The notes under the pieces: model-generated
What the model was told of the DNA's origin: nothing
The model's database searches: none
The model's input: only the letters and a program-made list of their open reading frames with translations
Program-made: the position numbers and the translations under genes
Part shown: positions 63,468 to 64,000 of the stretch, one piece after another
How positions within the stretch are numbered: position 1 is the stretch's first letter
How the letters are laid out: every line of letters begins with the position of its first letter
Origin: Lingula anatina
Taxonomy: Eukaryota > Animalia > Brachiopoda
Length of the DNA: 64,000 nt
Direction of reading: 5' to 3'
Assembly (NCBI GenBank): GCA_051362555.1
Contig: CM120640.1
Coordinates: forward strand, 66,566,788-66,630,787

Positions 63468-63759
63468 TTAATATCCATATAATTTATATCGGAGGTAATA
63501 AATGATATCTATACATTCTTCTTTTGTTATCTTCTCTTGACACAAATCGATATTTTCAATCATCCAATCAATTCCTTTATCTAACAATAGTCCTTCCTTA
63601 AGTATAGTTCCCATGTACATTGAAAGTCTGGACTTTGAAAGTTTGTGGTATAAAATTGTTGATAGATATGTTGAGCAGAGTGTTTGGTTGTTCGATCCAA
63701 TTTTTGCACCAATTATATTCTTTCTCTGCTAGAATACTGTAAATGTTTGATTCATCCAT
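63468..63759 (-). pseudogene. Gypsy accessory ORF2, copy C (one frameshift)
   Basis: Acceptor ttttttattttag|ACCATG; MDESNIYSIL..WCKNWIEQPNTL..(fs)..GTILKEGLLLDKGIDWMIENID..DIIYYLRYKLYGY*. Confidence 0.78.
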
Positions 63760-64000
63760 GGTCTAAAATAAAAAATACAAATAAATAAATTAAGTTCCTT
63801 TTATTTCAGCACTGCCGAAAATTAAGGAAGTATTTATATACAACTATGCATTAACTAATAAACAAAATATATATCAATATAATCATTCTAATGCAAAATC
63901 TCTTAAATGAGATGGCATCTTAATTTGTCTACCAAATCTTGATCTTTTTACAATTGGTTCCACCAATTGTGGTTCATTCAAATGAAAATCACCCTCTCTT

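Larger units (their letters stand above)
60103..64000 (-). mobile_element. Gypsy copy C, 3' part: pol end, ORF2, ORF3, PPT and partial 3' LTR; continues beyond the window
   Basis: 63885-64000 matches the pol end of copy B; PPT caaaaggggggagag at 60341-60355; LTR remnant 60103-60340. Confidence 0.88.

Overview
AT-rich animal genomic DNA with spliceosomal introns, probably from a marine invertebrate (the species cannot be determined from the sequence). The left ~8 kb holds one host gene: a complete 3-exon secreted frizzled-related protein (SFRP1/2/5 type) on the minus strand. Its exons are 7918-7423, 6021-5941 and 4326-3893 (336 aa); exon 2 is missing from the ORF track. From ~18.5 kb to the end, the window is a nest of transposons inserted into one another. 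It contains three copies (A, B, C) of one Gypsy/Ty3 LTR retrotransposon family, an older Gypsy integrase fragment, a decayed DDE-integrase + HECT-ligase element, a DIRS element, LINE 3' fragments, Harbinger-like and hAT5-like MITEs, two large TA-flanked TIR elements and Helentron-like elements with internal satellites. The most unusual item is the Gypsy family. Its Gag begins with a ComEA-like helix-hairpin-helix domain, and two non-env accessory ORFs lie downstream of pol, each with a splice acceptor directly before its ATG. The ~100-aa ORF differs strongly between copies although its flanking DNA is nearly identical; the ~221-aa Zn-finger-like ORF is conserved. All alignments and identities were judged by eye; no database searches were run.
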